64,000 bases of DNA from Candidatus Poribacteria bacterium (GCA_963665845.2 OY762492.1:2880001-2944000), one strand, 5' to 3'. Counted from the first letter of the stretch, positions 9,094 through 19,662 are shown. Numbers and translations are program-made. Notes: generated from the letters alone by a model not told the origin.

Positions 9094-10350
9094 TTAACCG
9101 CCCTCCGCTTTCTCGCGCTGAAGCGGATACGCATCGATCGGCTCGCCTGTCTCCGGACGCGGATCCAACGGCGGCATGCGCCGCTCCGCCGCCTCGATGG
9201 CGGACGCCAGCCGCTCCCGTTTCCGCGCTTCAATATCGGCGCGCCGCTCCTGAAACGCCGGCATCGTCTCCTCGGCGAAGAGTTGAAGCGACTCGCAGAT
9301 ATGCTCATGCCGATTATTGCCCGCCTGCTGCAAAAACACGACCTGGTCAACGCCCGCCTCCTCCATCTTGAAAAGCCGCTCCCCGACCTGCTCAGGCGTT
9401 CCGATGCCGACTCCTCCGCTCTTGAAAGCGGTCCCCCCTAGCTGTTCAGGCATTTCTTTGCCGTCTCCGCCGCTTCCAGGCTTGTTGTTCCGCTCCTTAA
9501 ACCGCTTCCAGATGTCGGAGCGCCCAGGCTGATGCGACCCGTTCACATAATAATGCGCGAGCGCAAACTGAAAGAAACGAAACCCCTCCCAGCCGCGTTC
9601 GAACGCCGTCCGCTCATCCGTATGGCACGAAAAGCTGGCGACCATCGCCACATTCGGATTCACCGCCCGTCCGATCGGCCGGCATTCCGTTTCAAAGACG
9701 CGGTAGTACTCGTCCACCCACATCTTCGCGTCTTCCGGGCTGACAAACGCAAACGCCAACGCGCCCATCCCTAGACGCGCCGCCCGCCGTATCGTCTCCC
9801 GACTCGAACAAGCGACCCACAACGGCGGATGCGGTTTCTGAACAGGCTTCGGAATCACATTGCGCGCGGGCATTGAAAAATGCTCGCCTTCATAACCAGC
9901 GTACGGCGTCTGCGCCATCATCTTTGCCGTTTCGCGCACCGACTCTTCCCACATGCTGCGCTTCGCTTCCGGCGCGATGCCAAATCCCTCCAGCTCCATG
10001 CGGGACGCCGACTCGCCCGTTCCCCATTCCACGCGCCCGTTCGACACAAGGTCCAGCGTCGCGATGCGCTCCGCAATGCGGGCGGGATGGTTATACGCCG
10101 GCGGATGCTGCACAATGCCATGCCCCAAGCGTATTCGGCTCGTCCGCTGGCTGCATGCCGCCAAAAACACCTCCGGCGCGGACGAATGCGAATACTCGTC
10201 TAAAAAATGATGTTCCACCTCCCAGACGCAATCGTAACCGAGGCGGTCTGCCAGCTCCGCTTGGTCCAGCGCCTCATGGTAGAGGCGCAGCTCAGAGCCT
10301 TCGTCCCAAGGGCGCGGCAGCTGATGCTCATAAAACAGGCCAAACTTCAA
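9094..10350 (-). CDS. LLM-class flavin-dependent oxidoreductase
   Basis: MKFGLFYEHQLPRPW, WEVEHHFLDEYSHSSAPE, RIAERIATLDLVSNGRVEWGTG, PKPVQKPHPPLW. Confidence 0.92.
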   Translation of the reverse strand: MKFGLFYEHQLPRPWDEGSELRLYHEALDQAELADRLGYDCVWEVEHHFLDEYSHSSAPEVFLAACSQRTSRIRLGHGIVQHPPAYNHPARIAERIATLDLVSNGRVEWGTGESASRMELEGFGIAPEAKRSMWEESVRETAKMMAQTPYAGYEGEHFSMPARNVIPKPVQKPHPPLWVACSSRETIRRAARLGMGALAFAFVSPEDAKMWVDEYYRVFETECRPIGRAVNPNVAMVASFSCHTDERTAFERGWEGFRFFQFALAHYYVNGSHQPGRSDIWKRFKERNNKPGSGGDGKEMPEQLGGTAFKSGGVGIGTPEQVGERLFKMEEAGVDQVVFLQQAGNNRHEHICESLQLFAEETMPAFQERRADIEARKRERLASAIEAAERRMPPLDPRPETGEPIDAYPLQREKAEGG

Positions 10351-10385
10351 TCCAACGATCCTTCCGGTATTTTACAAGAGCAGGG

Positions 10386-11609
10386 TTATTCGGACGCCTT
10401 GAGCGGATTGTCCCATAGAGCGTGGAACGCGGACGCGCCGCCCTGAATCTTCATGACAACAAGGTCTTTCACCGCGAGCCTGTTCTCGTCAAAATGCGAA
10501 ATGTAGGTGGCGCCTTGGTAACCGCGTATCGCTATCAGGGCGTCCATGATCGCGCCGCCGGTCAGTTCCGCCCCGTCCGCTCCCGCCGTTTCCATCGCCT
10601 GCGCGAGAATCGACATCGCGTCGAACCCGTTGCCCGCCAGGCTGTCGACAGGCTCGTCGTAAAACGCTTCGTACGCGTCGGCGAACTGCTGCGCTTCAGG
10701 AGTCGCGCTTGGCAGAAAGTCGATGGTGAAATAGGAGCCGTCCAGAGCCGAGTTGTCGTCTAAGACGGTGTAGAACGCGCCGGGGACATCCCACCCGTTC
10801 GGGCCGATGAAGATCCCCTCATAGCCGGCGGCGCGCGCCTGTCCGATGATGAGCGGAACCTCCGGCGGAAAGCTGGTCAAGAAACAAACGTCGGAGCCGC
10901 CGGCGAGCAGCGTTTCCACATTCGCCGAGAAGTCGACCGAGGCGACAACGTAGGTTTCAGACGAGGCGACCGTCCCGCCGTCCGCTTCAAACGCCTGCGT
11001 AAAGACGGCGGTCAACGCCTGGGAGACGGCGTCCGCTTCCTGCGCGATGATGGCCGCCGTTTCCGCCTTCAGCTCCTTGCGCGCAAAGTCGGAGAGGATC
11101 GTCGCATGGAGCTGGGCGTTCGCGCTAATCAGGGCGACATTGGAGTAATACTGCGTCACGATGGGCGATGTGGACGCCGGGATGAACGGGGTTGTTCCGC
11201 CCGACTGCGTCAACGCCTGCCCAAGAGCGATGGAGTTTGTGGAAAAAACAGGTCCGATGATCGCCGTCACGCCTTCGTTTATGATCAGATCGCGCGCCGC
11301 GTCGATGGTGGAGGCGGCGGTCGGGTACGGGTCGGTTCCGATGTTGTCGCGTTCGATAAATTCCGCCTGCCTGCCGAGAATGCCGCCGCTGGCGTTGATC
11401 TGGGCGAGGGCGAGTTCGGCGCCCATAGCGAAGCTTGGGTAGGCTGCTCTAGGCTGAATCAGCCCCAGCTTGATCGTTTCATCCGAAGGCTCGGACGGAT
11501 CGGAATCGAGCGCGTCAATGAGAGTGTCGCATCCTGCAAGGATGACAATGCCGAGAGCCGCCGCAAGAGCCGCGATGATGATCATTTTTGAGGTTGATTT
11601 TATGTTCAC
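10386..11609 (-). CDS. LivJ-like substrate-binding lipoprotein, paralog 3
   Basis: Lipobox LAGC; highly similar to neighbouring paralogs. Confidence 0.85.
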   Translation of the reverse strand: MNIKSTSKMIIIAALAAALGIVILAGCDTLIDALDSDPSEPSDETIKLGLIQPRAAYPSFAMGAELALAQINASGGILGRQAEFIERDNIGTDPYPTAASTIDAARDLIINEGVTAIIGPVFSTNSIALGQALTQSGGTTPFIPASTSPIVTQYYSNVALISANAQLHATILSDFARKELKAETAAIIAQEADAVSQALTAVFTQAFEADGGTVASSETYVVASVDFSANVETLLAGGSDVCFLTSFPPEVPLIIGQARAAGYEGIFIGPNGWDVPGAFYTVLDDNSALDGSYFTIDFLPSATPEAQQFADAYEAFYDEPVDSLAGNGFDAMSILAQAMETAGADGAELTGGAIMDALIAIRGYQGATYISHFDENRLAVKDLVVMKIQGGASAFHALWDNPLKASE

Positions 11610-11703
11610 TAAAACCCTTTCTAACTTAGAGATATGGATTCAATGGCTTTCACGATGCCCAATAACGAGATGGGGCGTAAATTCGTTGATCCGACCTTTA
11701 ACT

Positions 11704-11869
11704 CCGAACTTATCCTTAAAGTTGGGACATGTCGGCATACGAACGCAGACGCCGTCCGCGACGCCTCTAGATTCCCGCTTACGCGGGAATGACGATCCGG
11801 TTGGCGACGCTTTTTCCCATGAATAAAGGCTTTGGTCATTCAGATGTCTCAACTTTACACATGAGATTG
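11704..11869. mobile_element. ~165-bp MITE-like element carrying a dRS3-like palindrome
   Basis: Inverted ends AAAGTTGGGACAT ... ATGTCTCAACTTT; same element in opposite orientation at 56640-56804. Confidence 0.7.
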
Positions 11870-11872
11870 GGG

Positions 11873-13099
11873 TTATTCGGATTCCTTGAGCGGATTGTCC
11901 CATAGAGCGTGGAACATGGACGCGCCGCCCTGAATCTTCATGACGACAAGGTCTTTCACCGCGAGCCTGTTTTCGTCAAAATGCGAGATGTAGGTGGCGC
12001 CTTGATAACCGCGTATCGCTGTCAGGGCATCCATGATCGCGCCGCCCGTGAGTTCCGCCCCGTCCGCCCCCGCCGTTTCCATCGCCTGCGCGAGAACCGA
12101 CATCGCGTCAAACCCGTTGCCCGCTAGGCTGTCGACAGGCTGTCCGTAAAACGCTTCATACGCGGCGGCGAACTGCTGCGCTTCAGGAGTCGCGCCGGGA
12201 AGAAAGTCGACGGTGAAATAGGAGCCGTCCAGAACCGAGTTGTCGTCCAAGACGGAGTAAAAATCGGCGGGGACATCCCATCCGTTCGCGCCGATGAAGA
12301 CGCCCTCATAGCCGGCGGCGCGCGCCTGGTCAATGATGAGCGGAACCTCCGGCGGAAAGCTGGTCAAGAAACAGACGTCGGAGCCGCCGGCGAGCAGCGT
12401 TTCTACATTTGCCGAAAAGTCGACCGTTTCGACAATATAGGTTTCGGTCGAGGCGGCCGTCCCGCCGTCCGCTTCAAACAGCTGCGTAAAGGCGGCGGTC
12501 AACAGCTGGGAGTAGGCGTCCTCCTTCAGCGCGAGAATGGATGCCGTTTCCGCCTTCAGCTCCTTGCGCGCAAAGTCGGAGAGGATCGCCGCATGGAGCG
12601 GTACGTTCGCGCTGACCAGGGCGACATGGGCGTAATTTTGCGTCACGATAGGCGATGTGGACGCGGGGACGAACGGGGTCGTTTCACCCGCCTGCGTCAA
12701 CGCCTGCCCAAGAGCGATGGAGCTTGTGGAAAGGACAGGTCCGACGATCGCCGTCACGCCTTCGTTCTGAATCAGGTCGCGCGCCGCATCGATGGTGGAG
12801 GCGGCGGTTGGATACGGATCGCTGCCTTGGTTGTCGCGTTCGATAAATTCCGCCTGCCTGCCAAGAATGCCGCCGCCGGCGTTGATCTGGGCAAGGGCGA
12901 GCTTGGCGCCCATAGAGAAGCTTGGGCTTGTAGGATAAATCAGCCCAATCTTGATCGTTTCACCCGCGCCAGGCTCGGACGGATCGGAATCCAGCGCGTC
13001 TATGAGGGTGTTGCATCCGCCAAAGATGACGTAGAGAGCTGCCGCAATCGCAGCGATTATAGCGGCGGGAGATCGTTTTGAGGTCGCTTTTGTGTTCAT
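11873..13099 (-). CDS. LivJ-like substrate-binding lipoprotein, paralog 2
   Basis: Lipobox FGGC; C-terminal half near-identical to paralog 3. Confidence 0.85.
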   Translation of the reverse strand: MNTKATSKRSPAAIIAAIAAALYVIFGGCNTLIDALDSDPSEPGAGETIKIGLIYPTSPSFSMGAKLALAQINAGGGILGRQAEFIERDNQGSDPYPTAASTIDAARDLIQNEGVTAIVGPVLSTSSIALGQALTQAGETTPFVPASTSPIVTQNYAHVALVSANVPLHAAILSDFARKELKAETASILALKEDAYSQLLTAAFTQLFEADGGTAASTETYIVETVDFSANVETLLAGGSDVCFLTSFPPEVPLIIDQARAAGYEGVFIGANGWDVPADFYSVLDDNSVLDGSYFTVDFLPGATPEAQQFAAAYEAFYGQPVDSLAGNGFDAMSVLAQAMETAGADGAELTGGAIMDALTAIRGYQGATYISHFDENRLAVKDLVVMKIQGGASMFHALWDNPLKESE

Positions 13100-13124
13100 G
13101 GCGCGCCTTTCTAGTCGGTTCGGT

Positions 13125-14315
13125 TTACGGCGTCAGCAGCTGATAAAAACGCATCTCGCCGTCCTGTATTGTCTGGAGAACGATCGCTTTGATCGGCTGG
13201 CGGTCTTCGTTGAAACGGACCATGGAGGTGGCGCCTTCATAGTCGGTCGTCGCGGCGAGCGCGTCCCGCACGGCGGGGGAGTCCAGGCTGCCCGTCTGCT
13301 CAATCGCCTGCGCGAGCAGCGTCATCGCGTCGTACCCCTTCGGCGATTTGCCGGACGGCGGCTCGCCGTGCACCGCTTCGTAAAGGTTGACGAAATGCTG
13401 AACGCCCGATGACGGCGCCCCGCCGGAGTAGTTGGACGTAAAGAAGGAGCCGTTCAACGGGGCGTTGTCGTCCAATGCGTTCAAGAACGTGTCGGGAGTG
13501 TACCAGCCGGAGCCGCCGATGATGTTGCCTTCATACCCCGCCGCGCGCGCCTGCTCTATGGCGAGCGGAACCTCCGGGGCGAAGCTGGCCGCCAAGATCA
13601 CGTCCGGGTTCGCGGCTAAGAGGGTCTCGATCTGCTCGGAGAAGTCGACGCTTCCAACCGCATAGCTGGCGCGCGCCGCGACCGTTCCGCCCAGCGCTTC
13701 AAAGTTGGCGGTGAACGAATCGGCGAGAATGTTCGAGTACAGGTCGTTCGCTTGGAGAAGGATGGCGGCTGTCTGCGCGCCTAAGTTCTCCGCGGAGGCG
13801 GCGAATTTGGCGAGTTCAACCCCCTGGGAGCTGGTCGTCGGAGCGACCAGGAACACATACTCGCTGGAAGCCGATACGGGCGCGGAGGTGGCGTTCGTGA
13901 TGAGTATCGTTTCGGTCTGCGCGGTGATTTCAGCCAGCTCAACGGCGTTGACCGAGAAGATGACGCCGAGGAGCGCAAAGACCCCCTCGTCCACAATCAG
14001 CTCCTGCGCCGCCTGGACGGTCGCTTCGCCGGTGGGGAAGATGTCGTCGCCTTGGTTGTCGCGGTAGATGAATTCAACCTGTCGTCCGAGGACGCCGCCT
14101 TGCGCGTTCAACTCCTGTCGGGCAAGTTCGGCTCCGGTAGAAAAGCCGTTGAAGTAGCCGCTGGGTTGTATGACGCCGATTTTGAGAGCGCCGCTTGGCT
14201 GAGGTTCTGGGTCCAGCGTTTTGACGAGCTGGTCGCATCCGAGCAGCCCCAAGGTCAACCCGACCGCCAAGAGAATCGCCGCCGGCGCGCGCCATCGTAT
14301 CGTTCGCATTTGCAT
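13125..14315 (-). CDS. LivJ-like substrate-binding lipoprotein, paralog 1 (most divergent)
   Basis: Lipobox LLGC; GAELARQELNAQGGVLGR, GYDAMTLLAQAIE. Confidence 0.85.
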   Translation of the reverse strand: MQMRTIRWRAPAAILLAVGLTLGLLGCDQLVKTLDPEPQPSGALKIGVIQPSGYFNGFSTGAELARQELNAQGGVLGRQVEFIYRDNQGDDIFPTGEATVQAAQELIVDEGVFALLGVIFSVNAVELAEITAQTETILITNATSAPVSASSEYVFLVAPTTSSQGVELAKFAASAENLGAQTAAILLQANDLYSNILADSFTANFEALGGTVAARASYAVGSVDFSEQIETLLAANPDVILAASFAPEVPLAIEQARAAGYEGNIIGGSGWYTPDTFLNALDDNAPLNGSFFTSNYSGGAPSSGVQHFVNLYEAVHGEPPSGKSPKGYDAMTLLAQAIEQTGSLDSPAVRDALAATTDYEGATSMVRFNEDRQPIKAIVLQTIQDGEMRFYQLLTP

Positions 14316-14341
14316 ATCTCCGCATGATTCAATACATGGTT

Positions 14342-14370
14342 ATTATATCGACAGCGGGGCGAATCGTCAA
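14342..14370 (-). promoter_or_regulatory. Sigma70 promoter upstream of the LivJ-like array
   Basis: TTGACG-17 bp-TATAAT on the minus strand. Confidence 0.75.
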
Positions 14371-14379
14371 GAGCGATCT

Positions 14380-14790
14380 GCTGATCTTGCGTCTTTAGTT
14401 GGGACATGCCGGCTGACGTTCTACCGCAAGGGCGGACGGCTTCGGCGCCTCTAGATTCCCGCTTGCGCGGGAATGGCGATTAGCCCAATGACAGCGGGCA
14501 GGCGCGGGTTACTATACTCCCCCTTGAAACGGGGGGGTTTTTAAAGGCGCGGCGGATGCGATGCCTTAAGATTCCCGCTTGCGCGGGAATGGCGATTAGC
14601 CCAATGACAGCGGGCAGGCGCGGGTTACTATACTCCCCCCTTGAAAAGGGGGCCGGGGGGTTTTTTAAAGGCGCGGCGGATGCGATGCCTTAAGATTCCC
14701 GCTTGCGCGGGAATGACGGTATGAAGGGGGCGGGAATGACGGTATTATGAGGAGGCGGGAATGACGGTATGAGGGGGGTGGGAATGACAG
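14380..14790. repeat. Mosaic (BIME-like) cluster: MITE arm, three dRS3 palindromes, two CCCCCTTGAAA hairpins, tandem GGGAATGACGGTAT units
   Basis: ~115-125-bp unit duplicated in tandem at 14454-14700. Confidence 0.85.
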
Positions 14791-14810
14791 ACAAAGAGGG
14801 CGAATTATCT

Positions 14811-15350
14811 TTAACGCTTGCCGCCCAGGCGCATCTGTATCGCCGCCTTGACGGCGTTTTTTGCCTCGTCCCGCCGACCGAGCGCCGACAGCGCCAGCCC
14901 CAGACGCCCATACAGTTCGGCGGAGGGTTTTTCTGCCAACGCGCTCTGGTACGCCTTCGCCGCCTCTTCGTACTGCTCCAACGGCATGAGCGCATCCCCT
15001 AGGCTCTGCGCCGCATCCGGACCCGTATGCCCGTTTTCGATAGCGGTTCGGAACGAGTCGGCCGCCGACTCGTAATCGTTCATCATAAAACGCGCGAGGC
15101 CGAGGTAGTAATGCGAATCGCCGCGTTCGGGGTCTGTCTTAACCGCCTTGTTGAAAAGCAGCAGCGCTTGGTTGAACTTCTTGTCGCGCAGGGCGAAGAG
15201 TCCGTCGCGCAGATCGCGGGAGATGCGCTGATGCCGCTCTAGGTGCCGGCGTCCGCGCTGGGCGAGGCGGCGCGACCGTTCGGTCCCGCTTTCAGAGACG
15301 AGCGCAGGCTGGTCTTTTGTTTTGCTGTCGTCGGATGAGTCGTCGTTCAT
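14811..15350 (-). CDS. Tetratricopeptide repeat protein
   Basis: TPR helices HYYLGLARF, AQSLGDAL, YGRLGLAL. Confidence 0.8.
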   Translation of the reverse strand: MNDDSSDDSKTKDQPALVSESGTERSRRLAQRGRRHLERHQRISRDLRDGLFALRDKKFNQALLLFNKAVKTDPERGDSHYYLGLARFMMNDYESAADSFRTAIENGHTGPDAAQSLGDALMPLEQYEEAAKAYQSALAEKPSAELYGRLGLALSALGRRDEAKNAVKAAIQMRLGGKR

Positions 15351-15363
15351 GCGTTTTCTCTTT

Positions 15364-15834
15364 CTATTCTTCTGGCAGAACTTTCATGAGCGTCGCCATC
15401 TCCATCGCGGCGAGCGCGGCGTCAAATCCGCGGTTGCCCGCTTTCGTTCCCGCCCGCTCTATTGCCTGCTCAATTGTGTCGACGGTCAAAATGGCGTAGA
15501 TGACCGGCAGATCCGCCTCTAAGCTGGCGCGGGCGACCCCCTTTGCCGACTCGCCCGCCACATAATCAAAATGAGGCGTCGCGCCGCGGATCACGCAGCC
15601 GAGGCAGATGACAGCGTCGTACCTGCCCGACCGCGCCAGACGCGACGCCGCCAGCGGAATTTCAAACGCGCCCGGAACCCAGCAGATGTCGATGCTGTCC
15701 GCGTCGACTCCATGCCGCGTCAAGCCGTCCACCGCGGCGGCGACCAGCTTGGAGGTGATGAACTCATTAAAACGCGACGCGGCGACCGCGATGCGCAGCC
15801 CCTCGCCCGTCAGCCGTCCCTCAAAAACCGCCAT
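15364..15834 (-). CDS. ribH: 6,7-dimethyl-8-ribityllumazine synthase
   Basis: [40 protein letters not shown]. Confidence 0.96.
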   Translation of the reverse strand: MAVFEGRLTGEGLRIAVAASRFNEFITSKLVAAAVDGLTRHGVDADSIDICWVPGAFEIPLAASRLARSGRYDAVICLGCVIRGATPHFDYVAGESAKGVARASLEADLPVIYAILTVDTIEQAIERAGTKAGNRGFDAALAAMEMATLMKVLPEE

Positions 15835-17080
15835 GCTCATTCTCCCCGCTCTCGTCCTCGTCCGAATAGGATAGATCGTCCATGAGAAGATGCCCCAACT
15901 TCGTGCGTTTCGTCTGAAGATAACGCAGATTTTCCTTATGCGGCGGAACCTGTATCGGCTTCCGCTCCACCACCTCCAGCCCATGCCCTTCGATGCCGGC
16001 GATCTTGCGCGGGTTGTTTGTCATGAGCCGTATCTTGCGAATGCCGAGATCGTACAGTATCTGCGCCCCGATGCCGTAGTCGCGCAGATCCGCCTGAAAT
16101 CCAAGTTTTTCGTTTGCTTCTACCGTGTCGTAGCCGGTGTCTTGGAGCTGATACGCCTTCATTTTATTGACAAGTCCGATGCCGCGCCCCTCTTGGCGCA
16201 TGTAAAGTATCGCGCCCTTGCCTTCTTCTTGGATGACGCGCATTGCTTCGTCCAGCTGGTTGCCGCAGTCGCAGCGCAGCGAGCCGAACGTGTCGCCCGT
16301 GAGGCATTCGGAATGGACGCGGACAAGCGTCGGCTCTCCGCCGCTGACATCCCCGATTGTCAAGGCGAGATGCTCGCGCCGGTCGATGACGCTGCTGTAT
16401 GCATGGAGCAGAAATTCGCCGCGCTTCGTCGGCAGGCGCGCCGAGGCGGCTTTGGAGATTAACTTTTCGGTGCGCCGCCGGTACGCAATCAGATCGGCGA
16501 TGGTGATGATCTTGAGTCCATGGTTTTGGGCGAAGGTCATCAGCTGCGGCGCGCGCGCCATCGACCCGTCCTCGTTCATGATTTCGCACACGACGCCGGC
16601 GGGAAACAGCCCCGCCAGCCGCGCCAGGTCGACCGCCGCCTCCGTATGCCCGGCGCGCCTGAGAACGCCCCCCTCCCGCGCCTGAAGCGGAAACACATGC
16701 CCTGGACGTTGAAAGTCGCCCGCCTCGGCGTCCGGATCCGCCGCCCGGCGAATCGTCAACGCCCGTTCCGCCGCGGAGATGCCGGTCGTCAACCCCTCTT
16801 TGGCGTCAATGGAGACGCCGTATGCGGTTCCGAACGAATCCTGCTCCGAGACGGTCATCGGCGGAATGTCCAGCTCCTGAAACCGCCGCTTCGTCATTGG
16901 CAGGCAGATCAGCCCTCTTCCGTAGGTCGCCATGAAGTTGACCGCTTCGGGGGTCGCCTTCTCGGCCGCCATGGTCAGATCGCCTTCGTTTTCGCGGTCG
17001 CTGTCGTCGGTGACGATCACCATTTCGCCCCGGCGAATCGCCTCGACCGCTTCTTCGATACGCGCAAATTGAATGTTCAT
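15821..17080 (-). CDS. ribBA: Bifunctional DHBP synthase / GTP cyclohydrolase II
   Basis: [45 protein letters not shown]. Confidence 0.96.
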   Translation of the reverse strand: MNIQFARIEEAVEAIRRGEMVIVTDDSDRENEGDLTMAAEKATPEAVNFMATYGRGLICLPMTKRRFQELDIPPMTVSEQDSFGTAYGVSIDAKEGLTTGISAAERALTIRRAADPDAEAGDFQRPGHVFPLQAREGGVLRRAGHTEAAVDLARLAGLFPAGVVCEIMNEDGSMARAPQLMTFAQNHGLKIITIADLIAYRRRTEKLISKAASARLPTKRGEFLLHAYSSVIDRREHLALTIGDVSGGEPTLVRVHSECLTGDTFGSLRCDCGNQLDEAMRVIQEEGKGAILYMRQEGRGIGLVNKMKAYQLQDTGYDTVEANEKLGFQADLRDYGIGAQILYDLGIRKIRLMTNNPRKIAGIEGHGLEVVERKPIQVPPHKENLRYLQTKRTKLGHLLMDDLSYSDEDESGENEHGGF

Positions 17081-17718
17081 CGCATATACCCCTGCGCCTT
17101 CAACAGCTCCGCGCCGACGCCCCCGCCCGGTCTGTAGGTCAAGGCGCGCTCCGCGTATTTTGCCAATATATCGAACTCCAGGTTGACGCGGCTGCCGGCG
17201 GAGCGGCGCGCGAATGTCGTCATCTCCAGCGTATGCGGAACAAGCGCAACCTGAAAACCGTCCGGCAAAAGCGACGCGACCGTCAGGCTCACGCCGTCCA
17301 CCGCGACCGAACCTTTTTCAACAAGATAACGCATGCCGTCTGACGAAACGCGCACATCCAGCAGCATTCCGGCGCCTTCTGGAGAGAGCCGCGCGGCGAT
17401 TCCCGTCTCGTCCACATGCCCCTGCACAAAATGCCCGCCGAGGCGCCCGTCCGCTTTCAACGCCCGCTCCAGATGTACGAGCGCGCCTGGGCGCAGATCG
17501 CCGAGGGCGGTTCGGCGCATCGTTTCAAGGGAAACGTCCGCCTCCCAGACGCCGGCGCTTGGAACCGCCGCCGCGGTGAGGCAGACCCCGTTCAGCGCGA
17601 CGCTTTCACCCAGACGCAGCGGTTCGTCCGCTTCCATTTCGACGGCGAGGCGCATACCGCCGCCGGCGCGTTCGATCCGTTGGACGCTTCCGAGCGTTTC
17701 AATGATGCCGGTGAACAT
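17077..17718 (-). CDS. ribE: Riboflavin synthase (alpha chain)
   Basis: MFTGII start, [29 protein letters not shown]. Confidence 0.96.
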   Translation of the reverse strand: MFTGIIETLGSVQRIERAGGGMRLAVEMEADEPLRLGESVALNGVCLTAAAVPSAGVWEADVSLETMRRTALGDLRPGALVHLERALKADGRLGGHFVQGHVDETGIAARLSPEGAGMLLDVRVSSDGMRYLVEKGSVAVDGVSLTVASLLPDGFQVALVPHTLEMTTFARRSAGSRVNLEFDILAKYAERALTYRPGGGVGAELLKAQGYMR

Positions 17719-17764
17719 ACCGCTCTCCCATGCGGTAGGATAAGTTAAGACGGGGTAGGATGCG

Positions 17765-18742
17765 TTAGTCGGGCGGCTCCCCGCCTTCTTGAAAGACGCC
17801 GATCTGTCTAAATCGGCGCCGGCGCTGCTCAATCAGCTGGTCGGGCGTCAAGGCGGACAGCTCCTGCAGCCGCGCCTTGACAGCGTTTTGAACGCGCCGG
17901 TAGGTTTCCTGCGGGTCGCGGTGCGCTCCGCCCGGCGGTTCTGGGATGATCTCATCGATCACCTTCCATTTTTTAAGGTCTTTGGCGGTCAGTTTCAATC
18001 CGTCGGCGGCTTCCGGGGCGTGTTCGCCGGAGTCTTTCCATAAAATGCCGCTGCATGCCTCCGGCGGCGCGACGCAGTAGACGGCGTGTTCCAGCATCAG
18101 CGCCGCGTTTCCCATCGCCACGCCGAGAGCGCCGCCGCTGCCGCCTTCGCCGACAACGACCGCGATGAACGGCGTCGGCAGCCGCGACATTTCAAACAGG
18201 TTTTCCGCAATCGCGTTCGCCTGCCCGCGCTTTTCAGCATACGCGCACGGATGCGCCGCCGGCGTGTCGACAAAGCTGAGTATCGGGCGGTTGAATTTCG
18301 CCGCGAAGCGCATGAGGCGGCGCGCCTTGCGGTAACCCTGCGGATGCATCATGCCAAAACTGGTGCGGATATTCTCTTTGGTGTTGCGCCCTTTTTGCTG
18401 GGCGAAGTAGACAACCGGCGTTCCGTCGAACCATCCGACGCCTGTTAAGAGCGCCGGGTCGTCCCCGTCGATTCGGTCGGCGCTGATCGGAACAGGGTCT
18501 TCAATGAGAGCCTGTACATAGTCGGAGCCTCTTGGGCGCTCGGATCGGCGCGCCAGCCACACTTTTTGCCAGGGGGTCAGCTGTTCGTAATAGCCGTCCC
18601 GCTCCCGTTCATACGCTTCAAAAAGCCGCTGGGCGTCTTTTTGGAGGTTGATCGGCGCGTCCTCAATGGCGGCGCGCAGTTCGTTCAGCCGCTCCTCGAC
18701 AGCGAACATGCTCTCTTCAAAATGAATGTCGTTCGATTTCAT
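17765..18742 (-). CDS. accA: Acetyl-CoA carboxylase carboxyltransferase alpha
   Basis: LTPWQKV..AR..RP, FGMMHPQGYRKARRLM, GEGGSGGALG, IPEPPGGAHRD. Confidence 0.93.
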   Translation of the reverse strand: MKSNDIHFEESMFAVEERLNELRAAIEDAPINLQKDAQRLFEAYERERDGYYEQLTPWQKVWLARRSERPRGSDYVQALIEDPVPISADRIDGDDPALLTGVGWFDGTPVVYFAQQKGRNTKENIRTSFGMMHPQGYRKARRLMRFAAKFNRPILSFVDTPAAHPCAYAEKRGQANAIAENLFEMSRLPTPFIAVVVGEGGSGGALGVAMGNAALMLEHAVYCVAPPEACSGILWKDSGEHAPEAADGLKLTAKDLKKWKVIDEIIPEPPGGAHRDPQETYRRVQNAVKARLQELSALTPDQLIEQRRRRFRQIGVFQEGGEPPD

Positions 18743-18864
18743 GAGGCTCTCCGCCCGCCGTTTCCTTAATAGTATAACGCGCTTTCCGAATGCGCAACAT
18801 TTCCGCCCTTGCGGTTAAAGCGCGCGGAAATTTTAGGCTCCGCGTCCGATTCCCCCCTTGAAAA

Positions 18865-19279
18865 GGGAACTACACGTTTGACTATGTAAGCGGATTGCGC
18901 TACTCTAAAGGAAGATTGAAAAAGGAAATTCCAATGCGGTCTACCAATATCTACGAGATTTTTGAAAATATCCCGATGAAAAAGCGCCGCCCGATTCTTT
19001 GAAGAAAGCCGATGGCCGAAGCACATCTGCTGCCCCTGATGCGATTCCAAAAACATCGCCCGAGTGAAAAACGCCCAACCAATGCCGCTCAGATGCCGAA
19101 CATGCCGCAAGTATTTCAGCGTCCGCACAGGAACCGTCATGGAGAAAAGCAAAATTCCCCTGCATCTATGGCTTCTGGCGCTCTACTTGCTCCTGACGTT
19201 TAAAAAAAGCGTATCGAGCGTTACGATGGGAAAAATACTGGGCATAAGGCAAGACTCCGCATGGTCCCTAGGCCACCGC
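18865..19279 (+). pseudogene. Degenerate, truncated IS1595-family remnant
   Basis: Starts GGGAACTA (IS end-like); frameshifted Zn-ribbon region AQPMPLRCRTCRKYFSVRTGT...SAWSLGHR, homologous to the transposase at 36269; DDE half missing. Confidence 0.85.
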
Positions 19280-19359
19280 TTTCAAGGGGGGAATCGGACG
19301 CGGCGTTCTTTTCCGACGATGGCGCGGCAAATCTTTATCGCGCGTTGATTTCAACCGCG

Positions 19360-19662
19360 CTATCCTTCATCGCCGTTCTCCTCCAAAACGACATCCATCT
19401 GATGGGTCAGTTTGTCGAGACGGCTTTGCATGCCGCGCTCGGTCATCAGGGCGTTGAACGCTATGGCGACGGCGGCTTGGACGGCGATGCGCTCATTGGA
19501 TCGTCCAGGTCCGCTCAATCGGTTTGTTTGGTCTTGCACCTCGCGCATTGCCTGCTCTAGAGCTTTCAGCTGTGTTTTGGGCGCCCTCGCTCTGTATTGT
19601 CCGCCCAGAATTTCCACCATGACCGTTCCGGTGGATTCCACCATGTCGTCCATAATTTCCAT
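19360..19662 (-). CDS. zapA: Cell division protein ZapA-like
   Basis: VMVEILGGQY, VQDQT...RIAVQAAVAIA, C-terminal coiled coil; about 100 aa. Confidence 0.65.
   Translation of the reverse strand: MEIMDDMVESTGTVMVEILGGQYRARAPKTQLKALEQAMREVQDQTNRLSGPGRSNERIAVQAAVAIAFNALMTERGMQSRLDKLTHQMDVVLEENGDEG

Noticed and set aside
14452-14790. Possible CRISPR array (regularly spaced palindromic repeats)
   Set aside because: The intervening sequences are duplicates of each other, the repeat is dispersed across the window, and no cas genes are present. The same applies at 39741 and 63060.
17719-17764. FMN riboswitch upstream of the rib genes
   Set aside because: The gap between accA and ribE is only ~46 bp and lacks RFN motifs.
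19300-19360. 6S RNA downstream of zapA
   Set aside because: The downstream space is short and occupied by a hairpin repeat and IS remnant; no 6S-like structure was recognised.
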